Positions 31,592 to 42,567 of a stretch of 64,000 bases of DNA are shown piece by piece; position 1 is the stretch's first letter; the number at the start of each line of letters is the position of its first letter. This DNA is from an uncultured Nitrospinota bacterium (GTDB lineage Bacteria > Tectomicrobia > Entotheonellia > J063 > CAVPRW01), in assembly GCA_963707985.1 (NCBI GenBank), contig CAVPRW010000026.1, positions 18,446-82,445 of the forward strand. Direction: 5' to 3'. The notes below the pieces were generated by a model that was not told the origin of the DNA, did not search any database, and saw only the letters and a program-made list of their open reading frames with translations. The translations under genes and the position numbers were made by a program.

Positions 31592-32632
31592 ATGAAAAGG
31601 CCGTTGTTCGCCGCGCTCACCGTCATCGCGCTCATGGCCATCGCCGCGGGTATGGCCACCGCTGGCGCCCCCACTCGACAGGCCGAGCTGTCGGGAACTC
31701 TCAACCTGTTATGCACACCGCACATCCTCTGGTGCGAGGGCATGAAGACCGAATTTCAGAGAATTCATCCCAGGGTGACGGTTGAGTTCGTGCGCTTGTC
31801 CTCCGGTGAAGCGCTCACCCGCCTGCGTAACGAGAGGGCCAACCCGCAGTTCGACATCTGGTGGGGTGGGCCGAGCGATTCGTTCATCGCCGCCAAGCAG
31901 GAAGGTCTGCTCGAAGCCTACGACTCGCCCAATATGGCCAATCTCATCGATCCCAAGCTGATGAAGGATCCGGATAATTACTGGGCAGGTATCTACGTGG
32001 GCTCACTCGGTTTTGTCAGCAATACACATTTCCTGGAAAAACACCAACTGCAGCCGCCCGCCTCGTGGGATGATCTGCTCAACCCCGCCTTCAAGAACCA
32101 ACTTGTCATGGCCCATCCCGCCAGCTCCGGCACGGCCTACACCGCGCTCATCACCGTCCTACAACTGAAAGGCGAGGAAAAAGGCTGGGAGTACTGGAAG
32201 CAGTTCCATCGCAATGTCTGGCAATATACCAAATCCGGCGCAGCACCCACCCAGCATGTCGGACAGGGCGAGGCGGCCGTTGGGGTGGTCTTCTCCCACG
32301 ATGTCATCGCTCAGCAGGAAAAGGGTTTACCGTTGATGTTGAGCTTCGCCGAGGAGGGCATGGGCTGGGAGATCGGTAGCATGGGGATCGTCAAAGGTGC
32401 CAAACACCCGACGTTGGCAAAGGCGTGGTTCGATTGGGCGCTGGAGCCCGCGATGCAAGACCTTGGCCCCGGCTATGCTGCCTATCAGGCGCCTACCGTG
32501 CAGGGTGCCAAGGCGTCCCGGCCAGAGCTGCTGCAAGTCAAATTGATCGACTACAATTTCGAGTATGCGGGTAAGAACAGGAAGGCATTCATCGACAAGT
32601 TCACCAACGACATCGCTGCCGCGCGCCCATAG
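31592..32632 (+). CDS. ABC transporter substrate-binding protein (Fe3+/sugar-phosphate AfuA-like)
   Basis: Signal peptide; RLSSGEAL, DIWWGG, PASSGTAY, QYTKSGAAP. Confidence 0.88.
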   Translation: MKRPLFAALTVIALMAIAAGMATAGAPTRQAELSGTLNLLCTPHILWCEGMKTEFQRIHPRVTVEFVRLSSGEALTRLRNERANPQFDIWWGGPSDSFIAAKQEGLLEAYDSPNMANLIDPKLMKDPDNYWAGIYVGSLGFVSNTHFLEKHQLQPPASWDDLLNPAFKNQLVMAHPASSGTAYTALITVLQLKGEEKGWEYWKQFHRNVWQYTKSGAAPTQHVGQGEAAVGVVFSHDVIAQQEKGLPLMLSFAEEGMGWEIGSMGIVKGAKHPTLAKAWFDWALEPAMQDLGPGYAAYQAPTVQGAKASRPELLQVKLIDYNFEYAGKNRKAFIDKFTNDIAAARP

Positions 32633-32690
32633 ACGCTAGGAGGGCCGCGCCCTGTTCCGCTCAGTTACCCGCCGCTACCACGAACTCGTA

Positions 32691-33629
32691 TTGCTGGCGC
32701 AAGACCAGGTACTCCTGGCGGGCTTGATGGTGTGCGGGACCTTCATCCTGATATTCATCGTCTGGCCGCTGGTGCGCGTCATCTCTCAGGGGTTCTTTAC
32801 TCCCGACGGGCAGTTCAGCCTCGAACAATTCAGGCGGTACATCGACCCTACCTCTGGCCGCCATTATCGCCTCATCTTCCTCGATACCGTGCAAATGGGC
32901 ACCCTGAGTGCCCTGCTGGGGACCATCCTTGGCTTCAGCTTTGCGTACAGTTATGTGAACTGCGCCATCCCATGCAAGCGCCTCGTCCACCTCGTCGCCC
33001 TCATCCCGACGATTTCGCCGCCGTTTTCCATCGCCATTGCCGCCATCTTGCTGTTTGGGCGCAACGGTTTGGTGACACGGCGATTCCTGGCCGACGGCAT
33101 CGGCGTTGATGTCTATCATTTGGGTTTCGATCTATTCGGCATGATTGGTCTGGTCTTCGTGCAGACCGTCACCTTTTTCTCGGTCGCGTATCTCATCCTG
33201 CGCGGCATGCTGGAACGACTCGACCCCGCCCTGGAGGAGGCGGCCGAAAATCTGGGAGCTTCGCGATGGCGGATCTTCCGCACCGTGACCCTGGCACTCC
33301 TTATCCCTGGGATAGCCGGGTCGTTCTTGCTGCTGTTCGTCGAAAGCCTGGCGGACCTGGCCAACCCGTTGTTCATCGCCGGCCTCATCTTCAGTTTTGC
33401 CAGGCACGTCACTAGCCTGTCGGCGATCATTTTTCTCACAACCCCGCGCTGGCGGATTCTCACCGCCCTGATCCTGAGTGAAGTGGAGCAGGGCGGGATG
33501 AGTGTGGCGGCGGCATACTCCGTGCTGCTGATCGCGCTGGTGTTCGGCGCCATTGCCGTCATGTCCGCGGTGGCGGGATGGACATTTCAAGCGGAAGGGC
33601 GCGTCGATATGGCACTAGGAGCCGGATAG
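32691..33629 (+). pseudogene. AfuB/FbpB-type ABC permease with apparent internal deletion
   Basis: LEEAAENLGA EAA loop; LADLANPLFIAG joined directly to the second-half motif IFSFARHVTSLSAIIFL; about 310 aa versus roughly 550 aa typical. Confidence 0.65.
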
Positions 33630-33640
33630 CAGGAGGCGTT

Positions 33641-34639
33641 ATGGCCGTGACCGTTGGCATCATCGGAGCAGGTTACATTGGCACCGTGCACGCCAAGAAT
33701 CTCATCACCGACGCACGTGTACACATCCTGGGAGTGGTTGATGTCGTCACGCCGAAGGCTGAGGAGTTGGCGCGTCTGGTCCATGGGCGTACCTTTCCCA
33801 GTGCCGAGGCCCTCTTCGAAGCTGATGTCGAGGCCGTGTATGTCTGTACCCCCAATACCCTGCATACGGAGGCGGTGCTGGCGGCCTTGCAGCGTGGTGT
33901 CCATGTTTTCTCCGAGAAGCCCATGGCGACAACGCTGCCTGAAGCCCAACAGATCCTCGATGTCGCCCGCACCAGTCGGGCACTCTATCAAATCGGCCAT
34001 AATCGCCGCTTTGCCCCGGTGTATAAGTTTGCCAGGCAGAAAATCCTCGAGGGCTTCAGGCCCACTTCGGCCAACGTCAAGATGAATCGCGGCGAATTGC
34101 AGCAGCCAGCCTGGGTCGGAGACGTCCACGTTACCGGTGGTTTTTTGTATGAGTCCACCGTGCATCTTCTCGATATAATGCGTTGGCTGATGGGTGATAT
34201 CGTGGATGTCGAGTGCCGAGCGCAGTCGAATTTTTATCATGAGCTTGACGACTTCGTCATGATGTTGACCTTTGCCAGCGGCCAGCACTGCGCTTTCACG
34301 TCCTGCGCGCATGCCTCCTGGGCGTTTCCCTTTGAACGCATAGAGTTGTATGGCGATCACGCCCAGCTTGTGACCCAGGAGATGGAGCAAGTGGCGTACG
34401 CACCGGGGTTGGGGCAGGCCATCGTGCGGCACGATTTTTCCCAGCTCGCCGTGCCGGATAAATGGGGTTATCGCGAGGAGGACACGCGGTTTGTCGATGC
34501 CATCATCGAGGGCACGCCACCGCCCGTGACTGCAGAGGACGGTTACAAAGCCATCGAGTTGGTGGAGGCCTGCTATCGCAGCGCACAGCGCGCCGGCGCC
34601 CGTATCCGGCTGCCTCTCAATGGAAGGGCCGCTTTTTGA
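33641..34639 (+). CDS. Gfo/Idh/MocA oxidoreductase
   Basis: GIIGAGYIG, CTPNTLH, EKPM, GHNRRF. Confidence 0.92.
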   Translation: MAVTVGIIGAGYIGTVHAKNLITDARVHILGVVDVVTPKAEELARLVHGRTFPSAEALFEADVEAVYVCTPNTLHTEAVLAALQRGVHVFSEKPMATTLPEAQQILDVARTSRALYQIGHNRRFAPVYKFARQKILEGFRPTSANVKMNRGELQQPAWVGDVHVTGGFLYESTVHLLDIMRWLMGDIVDVECRAQSNFYHELDDFVMMLTFASGQHCAFTSCAHASWAFPFERIELYGDHAQLVTQEMEQVAYAPGLGQAIVRHDFSQLAVPDKWGYREEDTRFVDAIIEGTPPPVTAEDGYKAIELVEACYRSAQRAGARIRLPLNGRAAF

Positions 34640-34696
34640 GGGCTGAGCCAAGAGCGTTCATCACTCGGCCCGCAGTCTTGTGTTATCTGGAGCCCT

Positions 34697-35275
34697 ATGT
34701 ATCTCACTCTTGACCATCTCACGAAGATCTTTCCAGCGCGCGGCAAGGCAGCCGAAGTCACTGCCGTCGACGATGTCTCGCTCGGCATCGAGCAGGGCGA
34801 GTTTGTCACGCTCCTTGGCCCATCGGGCTGCGGCAAGACTACCACTCTGCGCCTCATCGCGGGTTTCGAGTTTCCGGCGTCAGGCCACATCATCCTCGAT
34901 GGTCGGTGTCTGGACGACGTGCCGCCCAACCGGCGTGACATGACCATGGTGTTTCAGAGTTACGCGATATTTCCGCATCTGAATGTCTTCGAGAACATCG
35001 CCTATCGGTTGAAGGTCAAACGGCTTTCCTCGCCAGAGATCCAGCATCGAGTTGCCGAGTGCCTGACCTTGACCGACCTCGCCGGGCTGGAGCAGCGCGC
35101 CCCCAATCAGCTGTCTGGCGGACAGCAACAACGGGTCGCGCTGGCCCGCGCCCTGGTCATGGAGCCGAAGGTCTTGCTGTTCGATGAACCCCTATCCAAT
35201 CTGGACGCCAAACTACGTGAGCAGATGCGAGCGGAAATCCGCCGCATCCAGCAGACTCTTGGCATTACCAGCGTT
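34697..35275 (+). pseudogene. ABC ATPase (FbpC/PotA type), 3'-truncated
   Basis: GPSGCGKT, LSGGQQQR, LFDEPLSNLDAKLR; breaks at GITSV before the H-loop. Confidence 0.8.
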
Positions 35276-35786
35276 GTGGCATCCTTCGATCACGCGCGGC
35301 ATCCTGACACGGCTCACGCAGTTTCAGACGGTGCTACAGGATGCCCTTGTGGACACCGGACAGGCGTACTTTCAGCCGGGTAAATCGGCCTCACTCAGTG
35401 TGTTCCCGTGCGCCGGTATCCCTCTACGCCACGTATCTTCTGAAGTCAACCGACGGGTACGTGATCTTGGCGATGACTTCAGTGTGGATGAGGCGGCTAC
35501 GTGCGTAAATGTCCTCATACGCACCATCGACAAGGCTGAGGGTATGCGCTGGCTCTCCCGCGAGACCGGCATTTCGTTGGGTGGCATGGCTGCGGTCGGA
35601 GATTCTCCAGGTGATGCGTCATTCATGCAGTTAGCGGCCTGGTCAGGAGCACCGGCGAATGCGCATGCGTCTGTCAAAGAGATCGCATACTACACATCGC
35701 CATATGAAGATGGGCTGGGGCTAGTGGATATCCTGGAGAAACTGCTCAAATCTGAGCCCGAGGACAACAGCGAGAAGATTTCTTAA
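35275..35786 (+). pseudogene. C-terminal fragment of a HAD-superfamily (Cof/SPP-like) hydrolase
   Basis: IDKAEG, AVGDSPGD, APANAH. Confidence 0.7.
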
Positions 35787-35946
35787 TGATTTTACAGCGA
35801 TAAATTTATTGTTGACAAAAGGCAAAGCGACGACTAGAGAAAGGACAGTGCATGTTTTCCGGGGGCCCATGCCTGCCGTTTCCGATGTGATAACGGATCA
35901 GGCAAGCCAACAAAGTCGCGAGGCACTATCACGCAGGAGGTGAGCC

Positions 35947-37080
35947 GTGGCCGAATTTCAGTTGATCTCCTCCGACTCGCACGTCAGCGAGCCGACAGAC
36001 CTGTGGGTGCAGCGCATCGACACGAAGTACCGGGACCGGGCACCGAAGGTCGTGCTCAACCCCGAAGGCCAAGAGGGCGCCTATTTCGTCTATGAGGGCT
36101 ATCCGCCGCACAACCTCGCCATCGGCTTAGGGGCAGGCAGGACCCCTGAGGAGTTGGCTGCATTTCTGAAATCCGGCACGTACGCCGATGCTCGCCCAGG
36201 CGGGTGGGATCCGGCCCAACGGTTGCCGGACATGGAGTTGGATGGGGTGGAGGCGGAGGTGCTCTATACCACTTTGGGGTTTCGGTTATTCTGGCTCAAA
36301 GATGCCGGGTTACAACAAGCCTGTTTCCGCGTCTACAACGACTGGCTGGCGGAGTTTTGCAACTATGCACCCAAACGCCTGAAGGGACTGGCCCTCATTT
36401 CCTTGTACGATCCCAAGGAGGGTGCCCGGGAGCTGGATCGGAGTGCCAAGCTGGGCCTCAAGGGCGCCATGATCTGGTGCTCACCCCCGGCCGATCAGCC
36501 CTACAGCTCTCCGCTCTACGATCCATTCTGGGCTGCAGCACAAGACTTAGAAATGCCTGTCAGCCTGCACGCCATCACCGGCATGGAACGTATTCCATGG
36601 GAATACGGGGCTGAACAACGGGCGATGCGTCCGACCGTGACCCCCCACGAAATCGAAAAATCCTTCAGCACTCTCATCCTTTCCGGCGTCCTAGAACGAT
36701 TTCCGCGCCTAAAGATCGTCTCAGCCGAGAATAATTGTGGCTGGCTGCCCTACTACTTGCAGCGTGTAGACCGGGCGTTCACACGCTTCGGCCCTTCCGG
36801 TACGGCGACCCCATGGCCGACGAAGCTTGCTCTCAAGCCCAGTGAATACTTCCAGCGCCAAATGTACTGCACCTTCATCGACGATCCCTTCGGAGTCGCG
36901 AGCAGGCATTGGATCGGGGTTGACAACGTGATGTGGTCGTCCGATTACCCGCACACCGCTTCCACCTGGCCACGTTCGCGTGCGGTGATCGAACGCGACT
37001 TCAAGGACGTCAACGAGGAGGAGCGCTGGAAGATCCTCAGAGCGAATGCCGCCAAGCTCTATGGCTTTGATCTCAGCTAA
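35947..37080 (+). CDS. Amidohydrolase_2 family protein
   Basis: SSDSHVSEP, DGVEAEVLY, SLH, GVLERFP, WSSDYPH. Confidence 0.92.
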   Translation: MAEFQLISSDSHVSEPTDLWVQRIDTKYRDRAPKVVLNPEGQEGAYFVYEGYPPHNLAIGLGAGRTPEELAAFLKSGTYADARPGGWDPAQRLPDMELDGVEAEVLYTTLGFRLFWLKDAGLQQACFRVYNDWLAEFCNYAPKRLKGLALISLYDPKEGARELDRSAKLGLKGAMIWCSPPADQPYSSPLYDPFWAAAQDLEMPVSLHAITGMERIPWEYGAEQRAMRPTVTPHEIEKSFSTLILSGVLERFPRLKIVSAENNCGWLPYYLQRVDRAFTRFGPSGTATPWPTKLALKPSEYFQRQMYCTFIDDPFGVASRHWIGVDNVMWSSDYPHTASTWPRSRAVIERDFKDVNEEERWKILRANAAKLYGFDLS

Positions 37081-37269
37081 CGATGCGTCTCCCGCACACC
37101 TGTGGCGTCACCGCGGGCATCGGCCGTAGAAGGCTATGCTTGGCGGCATGACGCCACAGGTGCACATCCACCTCTCTCGCCTCGGATGTACCCAATCTTC
37201 CGGCATCCTTCGATCCAGTCCGCATATTTGGTGACCATGCCTACGACACCTGCGGCCAGACCAGAGTTG

Positions 37270-37382
37270 TCGCCGAATAACACAAAATGATAGCCCAGCT
37301 CTTCACCGTGTCTGGCGATAGCGGCAAGGTGGTCGGGTGTGGCCAGAGGGCCTCGACCTGGGAGCGTAAAGCCATATTTCAT
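37270..37382 (-). pseudogene. N-terminal stub of an LLM/F420 oxidoreductase
   Basis: MKYGFTLPGRGPLA...EELGY...GD, then unrelated sequence; start overlaps the E1-beta stop. Confidence 0.6.
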
Positions 37383-38344
37383 ACGAGCACCTCCCTGATG
37401 CCCTCGATGATGCGGGCTTTGTCCGGTATACAGAAACGCTCCATGACCGGGCTATAGGGGATGGGCACGTCGGGCGCGCAGACGCGCTTGGGTGGCGCTT
37501 TTAACGCTCGAAACGTGGTTGGGTCTTCCGTCAGTATCGCGGCGATCTCGGCGGCTGCGCTGCCAGTCAGACAGGCCTCATCGACGATAACCACACGCCC
37601 CGTTTTTTGAACGGAGGCACGCAACGCACCCTTATCTAAGGGAACGAGTGTTCTGGGGTCCACCACTTCGACCGCGATGCCTTCGCCGGCCAGCTCTTCG
37701 GCGGCGGCCAGCGCTTCCGGCACCATCTTGGCGATGGCCACCACGGTGACGTCGCGCCCCTGGCGTTTGACGTCGGCAACGCCGATGGGAATGGTGTACT
37801 CCTCCTCCGGCACGGGGCCTTTCACACCCCGCTGGGCCAGCATCTGATCCTCGAAGACCACTACCGGGTTATTGTCCCGGATGGCGCTCTTCATCAGTCC
37901 TTTAGCGTCATACGGCGTACTGGGCATAACCAGCTTCAAGCCGGCCAGGTTCATGAACATGGGATGGGGGCTTTGCGAATGCTGCGCCGCGGCAGAACGG
38001 CCACCACCAGTGGAAGCTCGAAACACGATGGGGAAGGTTGCCTGTCCCCCGAACATGTAGTGAATCTTTGCCATCTGGTTGACGATTTGGTCCATGGCGG
38101 TGAAGGCAAAAGTCATCATCCCCGGGCTGACAATCGGACGGAAGCCACTACCCGCCGCGCCGATGCTGGCCCCGACATAGGCTTCCTCAGAGATGGGGCA
38201 CACACGTACGCGCTCCTCACCAAACTCTGGGATGAGGCTAGCCAGTGCCCCTAAGCCGCCGCAGAGGTGAAACACTTTCTGATCCCGCCGCATCTCCTCG
38301 CGAAAGGCTTCCATCAAGGCTTCAGTATACGTGAGCTCTCGCAT
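37379..38344 (-). CDS. 2-oxoacid/acetoin dehydrogenase E1 beta subunit
   Basis: PISEE, DQIVNQ, AAQHSQ, PSTPYDAKGL, VDPRTLVPLD; GGAGAGG RBS. Confidence 0.9.
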   Translation of the reverse strand: MRELTYTEALMEAFREEMRRDQKVFHLCGGLGALASLIPEFGEERVRVCPISEEAYVGASIGAAGSGFRPIVSPGMMTFAFTAMDQIVNQMAKIHYMFGGQATFPIVFRASTGGGRSAAAQHSQSPHPMFMNLAGLKLVMPSTPYDAKGLMKSAIRDNNPVVVFEDQMLAQRGVKGPVPEEEYTIPIGVADVKRQGRDVTVVAIAKMVPEALAAAEELAGEGIAVEVVDPRTLVPLDKGALRASVQKTGRVVIVDEACLTGSAAAEIAAILTEDPTTFRALKAPPKRVCAPDVPIPYSPVMERFCIPDKARIIEGIREVLV

Positions 38345-38454
38345 GTGTTCATATCCTCTCCATCCCCACCCGAACCTCCTTCGTCGAGGGGGGAGGCTGG
38401 GTAGCGGGCCGCGTAAGCACGCGCAAGCAGCAGAGCATTGATGATCGGCAGTAC

Positions 38455-39439
38455 CTACGGTGCGAAGACGTCCAACAGGGCATCTTCTGGCCGAGGCAGC
38501 GGACTGGCCTTGGCGAAAGCAACAGCTTCCTCCACCGCGGCCTCGACCTCTCGATCGATCTGCTCCAAAGTGGCGGCGGTGGCGACGGCTTGCGTCGATG
38601 AGCCAGGCGATGAACGATTCGATGGGGTCATGCTGGGGTCCCAGATCGATCTCTTCTCGGGGCCTGGGATCAGAGGGATTCCCCCGCTGTTCCGCATGAG
38701 CACGCCAGCGGTAGGTCTTGCACTCCACCAGTGTCGGCCCTCCCCCAGTCCTGGCACGCTGGACAGCCTGCGCAGCCACCTCATAGACCGCCAGCACATC
38801 GGTGCCGTCCACGGTCACTCCAGGCATATCGTACGCCACGGCGCGCGCCGCCACATCGGGTACGGACAGAGCATATGCAGCCGGCACGCCACTCGCCCAG
38901 CGGTTGTTCTCACACACATAGATGGCTGGCAGCTTCCAGATCGAGGCCAGATTCAACGAGCCGTGAAAGGCTCCTTCATTGGAGGCCCCATCACCGAAGA
39001 AAGCCACTGCCACCCGATCACTCCCTTCCAGCTTGGCGGCCAGCGCCGCTCCGGTGGCGATCGGCAGCCCTGCCCCCACGATGCCATTGGCGCCAAGCAT
39101 CCCGACACTGAAGTCGGCGATATGCATGGAGCCGCCTTTGCCATGGCAGTAGCCGGTACTCCGACCAAAGAGCTCGGCCATCATGCGCTTGATGTCTGCA
39201 CCCTTGGCGATGGTATGGCCGTGACCGCGATGGGTGCTGGTGATTTTGTCGTCTCGGCGCAGGGCGGTACAGACTCCGACCGCGACGGCTTCCTGCCCGA
39301 TGTAGGTATGGACGCCCCCAGGGATGTTGCCAGCATGGAACTCGTCCACGGCCCTTTGATCAAAGCGCCGAATCATCACCATCTGTCGATACATGTCTAA
39401 TAATTGGTGTGGCTCCAAAGCCTTGGCATTGCCGGTCAT
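38455..39439 (-). CDS. TPP-dependent dehydrogenase E1 alpha subunit, frameshift near 38,595
   Basis: GQEA, STHRGHGH, GGSMH, GDGASNEG, ENN; C-terminus (EVEAAVEEAV.FAKAS) in a second frame. Confidence 0.9.
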
Positions 39440-39706
39440 AGGGTGGCCCACCTCATCTTCCAGTTCCAGAGCATTCCAGAAGCGGCATCGTGGTGCTCTG
39501 GCGACGCCACGCACCGCCTTGTCGCGGGCATTTCATACAGATGTGCTAGGGCATTATCATGGGGAGCCACATGGCTGTCAAGAAAGGGGGCAATTGACAC
39601 GGCCTCCAAGCCCCGCTATGCTGGCGCCGATTCGCCAGCATGGGCGAACGCATCTGGGCTACAGAGTGTTGGGGATCGATCATCGCAGGCAAGAAAGGAG
39701 ATGTCC

Positions 39707-40828
39707 ATGGCACAAGCAAAGATTCGCGTGGGGATCGTAGGTGCCAACATGCATTATGGCTGGGGGAGTCGCGCCCACCTGCCAGCCCTGACCCATTTGC
39801 CGGACTATGAGCTCGTCGGGGTGTGTACGGCACATCAGGAGACGGCCGAGGAGACCGCCAAGCAGTTTGGGGCACCGCTCGCGTTCCACGATCACCAGGA
39901 AATGTTACGCCACCCGGACATCGATGCCGTGGCCGTGGTGGTCCGCGTGCCACTTCACTACCGCTTGACCATGGATGTGTTGAGAGCGGGAAAGCATGTC
40001 CTGACCGAATGGCCCCTGGGAGCGAACCTCCGTGAAGCGCAGGAGATGGCCGATCTGGCTCAGCGGCAGGGAGTCCAAACCATGGTGGGCCTGCAGGGTC
40101 GCTTTGCCCCAGCCTTTCGTCGCCTGAAAGAGCTCATCGACGAGGGCTACGTGGGGGAGGTGCTTTCCTGTCACCTGACCCAGATCCGTCCTGGCGTCCT
40201 CAACCGCACCTCAGGCCGGACATGGCAGCGGGACCGTACTTTGGGTGCCACCACCCTCACCATTCCGTTTGGCCATGCTGTTGATTGCATGTGCATGTGC
40301 CTCGGTGAGTTCACCGAAGTGTCAGGGGTGGTGAGCACACAGGTGCCACAATGGCACGAGACCGATACCGATCACATGGTGGATGTCACGGCCCCCGACA
40401 CCATTCTCGTCAGTGGTAAACTAGCCAGCGGCGCGGTGGCGTCGGTGCAGGTGGCCAGTGTGCCCTGGCATGGTAGTGGTATGCGGCTGGAGATCTACGG
40501 CAGGGAAGGGACCCTGGTCGCATCGACCGACCTGAGCGCCCAGATCGATCCGGTGCGCTTGGAGGGAGCAAAGGGGAGCGATCGAGCCCTTCAGGTGTTG
40601 CCGATTCCGGAGCGACTCGCCGCCATGCCAGCGGGTGTGCCAGCAGGTGAACCAGCCAATGTAGCGGGAGTGTATCAGGGCTTCGCTGAGGCTATTCGTA
40701 GCGGTCGGAGAGTCGAGCCTGACTTCGGCACGGCGGTCAGGCGTCACACCCTTGTGGAGGCCGTCCAGGCTGCATCGGACCAGGGTCGGCGCGTACCGGT
40801 GACGCTGTCGGAAGGGCCGGCGGTCTAG
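39707..40828 (+). CDS. Gfo/Idh/MocA oxidoreductase (Gal80-like)
   Basis: VGIVGA, AHLPAL, EWPLG, GLQGR. Confidence 0.9.
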   Translation: MAQAKIRVGIVGANMHYGWGSRAHLPALTHLPDYELVGVCTAHQETAEETAKQFGAPLAFHDHQEMLRHPDIDAVAVVVRVPLHYRLTMDVLRAGKHVLTEWPLGANLREAQEMADLAQRQGVQTMVGLQGRFAPAFRRLKELIDEGYVGEVLSCHLTQIRPGVLNRTSGRTWQRDRTLGATTLTIPFGHAVDCMCMCLGEFTEVSGVVSTQVPQWHETDTDHMVDVTAPDTILVSGKLASGAVASVQVASVPWHGSGMRLEIYGREGTLVASTDLSAQIDPVRLEGAKGSDRALQVLPIPERLAAMPAGVPAGEPANVAGVYQGFAEAIRSGRRVEPDFGTAVRRHTLVEAVQAASDQGRRVPVTLSEGPAV

Positions 40829-40989
40829 GACGACCTGGTCGCAGACTCGTACCTTGCCCTCGAGGTGCACGTGAGGCTTTGGCAAAGGAGTCGACGACCA
40901 TCTGTGTGATGTGGAGTGCTGCTGCCGTCTGCCAATTGCAACAGGGGATTTGGAGTGTAAGCAGCAGCACTCACCAGGGAGGGACAAGG

Positions 40990-42543
40990 ATGACAGGGTA
41001 CAGGCATCATATGGAGTTTCTCCTCTTCCTCATGGGCCTTCTCCTCCTGGCGCCCCTCACCGCCTGGGCCCAACAACCGAAATCGGGCGGAACACTGCAG
41101 GTCGCCTGGGAGGCGGATGTCGCAGGGCTGGACCCGCGCCTTTCTCCTGGTGCCCAGGCTGGATACATCATGGGTAATCTCTTCAATAGCCTGGTGAGTA
41201 TCGACACCGAATTGAATTATGTACCCGACCTGGCCGAGTCTTGGGAGATTTTGGAGGATGGCAAGGTTTATGTTTTTCATCTCCGCCAGGGGGTGAAGTT
41301 CCACGATGGCACCGACTTCGACGCCAAAGCGGTGCAATGGAATTATCAACGCATGATAGACCCCGCCGAGAAGTCGCTCGATGCCCCTTCTTACAGCCTC
41401 GTCGACAGTGTCGAAGTGGTCGACACGCATACGATCAAGTTTACCCTCAAATATCCCAGCGCCACCCTTCTGCCGGTGATGGCCGCGCACGCATCCGGGT
41501 TTTTGCAGATGTCGCCCGCGTCGTACGAGCGCTGGGGGAAGGAAGAGGTACGACTGCACCCGGTCGGAACGGGGCCGTTTACACTCGCCAGGTGGGAGCA
41601 GAACCATGTCATCGTGTTGGACAAGAACCCGCACTACTTCAAGCCGGGGCTGCCCTATCTGGATCGCGTCGAGATCCGTATCATCAAGGAAGGGGTGACG
41701 CGCGTGACGGCGCTGCGGACGGGGGAGGTGGATTTCGCCAACGCCATACCCTTCGAGCACGTCGAGCGACTGGCCAAAGATGGGAAGGTGCAGGTCCTCA
41801 GGGGTCGAGACACGCTCCGGATCAATAGCTACTTCAATGTGGCGCGAGCACCTTTCAAAGATGCCCGCGTCCGGCAGGCACTGCTGGGGTATGGCATCGA
41901 CCGGCCGGCCATCGTCAAGACTGCTCTGTTAGGTCTGGTGCAGCCTCTATGGAGTTTCGTGCCGGCGGGCGGCAAGGGTCACATCGACTTTGAGGAGCAA
42001 TTTGCTTACAATCCCAATAAGGCCAAAGTCCTGCTGAAGGAAGCCGGGTATGACGAGCACAATCCGCTGCGTTACACGCTCATGACCCACGGCGCTGAGG
42101 CCGCACTCCCGACCATCGCGACGATTCTCAAAACACAGTATGCCAAGCTTGGGGTAGACCTGACCATCGAGGTGCTCGATCGACCGATCTTCTTGCGACG
42201 CTGGCAGCGGGACCGTGACTGGGATCAAATTCTCAATGTGTCCGGGGCAGCGTTCGATTCCTTTCAACTCTCGCGCGTTCTCGACACCCGAGCCGGGAAC
42301 AATACCCTCAACCATAGTGATCTGGAGGTCGACGCGCTGATCGATCGGATGAAGGAAGCGCCGACGGAGGCAGCTCTCTTGCAGGCAGGATACGACTTCC
42401 AACGTTATGTCACCGAAATTATGCTGACCTGTGGCATCGCCTCGCTCCCCTTCTTACAGGCAGCCCGCGCCGATGTGAAGGGGTATGTGTACTTGCATGG
42501 CTACAAGGTTCAGTTTGAGACGACGTGGCTCGATAGGCCTTGA
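40990..42543 (+). CDS. ABC transporter substrate-binding protein, family 5
   Basis: Signal peptide; PDLAESW, LRQGVKFHDG, PVGTGPF. Confidence 0.92.
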   Translation: MTGYRHHMEFLLFLMGLLLLAPLTAWAQQPKSGGTLQVAWEADVAGLDPRLSPGAQAGYIMGNLFNSLVSIDTELNYVPDLAESWEILEDGKVYVFHLRQGVKFHDGTDFDAKAVQWNYQRMIDPAEKSLDAPSYSLVDSVEVVDTHTIKFTLKYPSATLLPVMAAHASGFLQMSPASYERWGKEEVRLHPVGTGPFTLARWEQNHVIVLDKNPHYFKPGLPYLDRVEIRIIKEGVTRVTALRTGEVDFANAIPFEHVERLAKDGKVQVLRGRDTLRINSYFNVARAPFKDARVRQALLGYGIDRPAIVKTALLGLVQPLWSFVPAGGKGHIDFEEQFAYNPNKAKVLLKEAGYDEHNPLRYTLMTHGAEAALPTIATILKTQYAKLGVDLTIEVLDRPIFLRRWQRDRDWDQILNVSGAAFDSFQLSRVLDTRAGNNTLNHSDLEVDALIDRMKEAPTEAALLQAGYDFQRYVTEIMLTCGIASLPFLQAARADVKGYVYLHGYKVQFETTWLDRP

Positions 42544-42567
42544 TTTCGTGATCGGGAGGTCAGGGAC

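Noticed and set aside
37379..39514. 711-aa ORF suggesting an E1 alpha-beta fusion
   Set aside because: A frameshift near 38,595 causes read-through. The true alpha C-terminus is in another frame (ends 38,455) and beta has its own RBS and ATG at 38,344.
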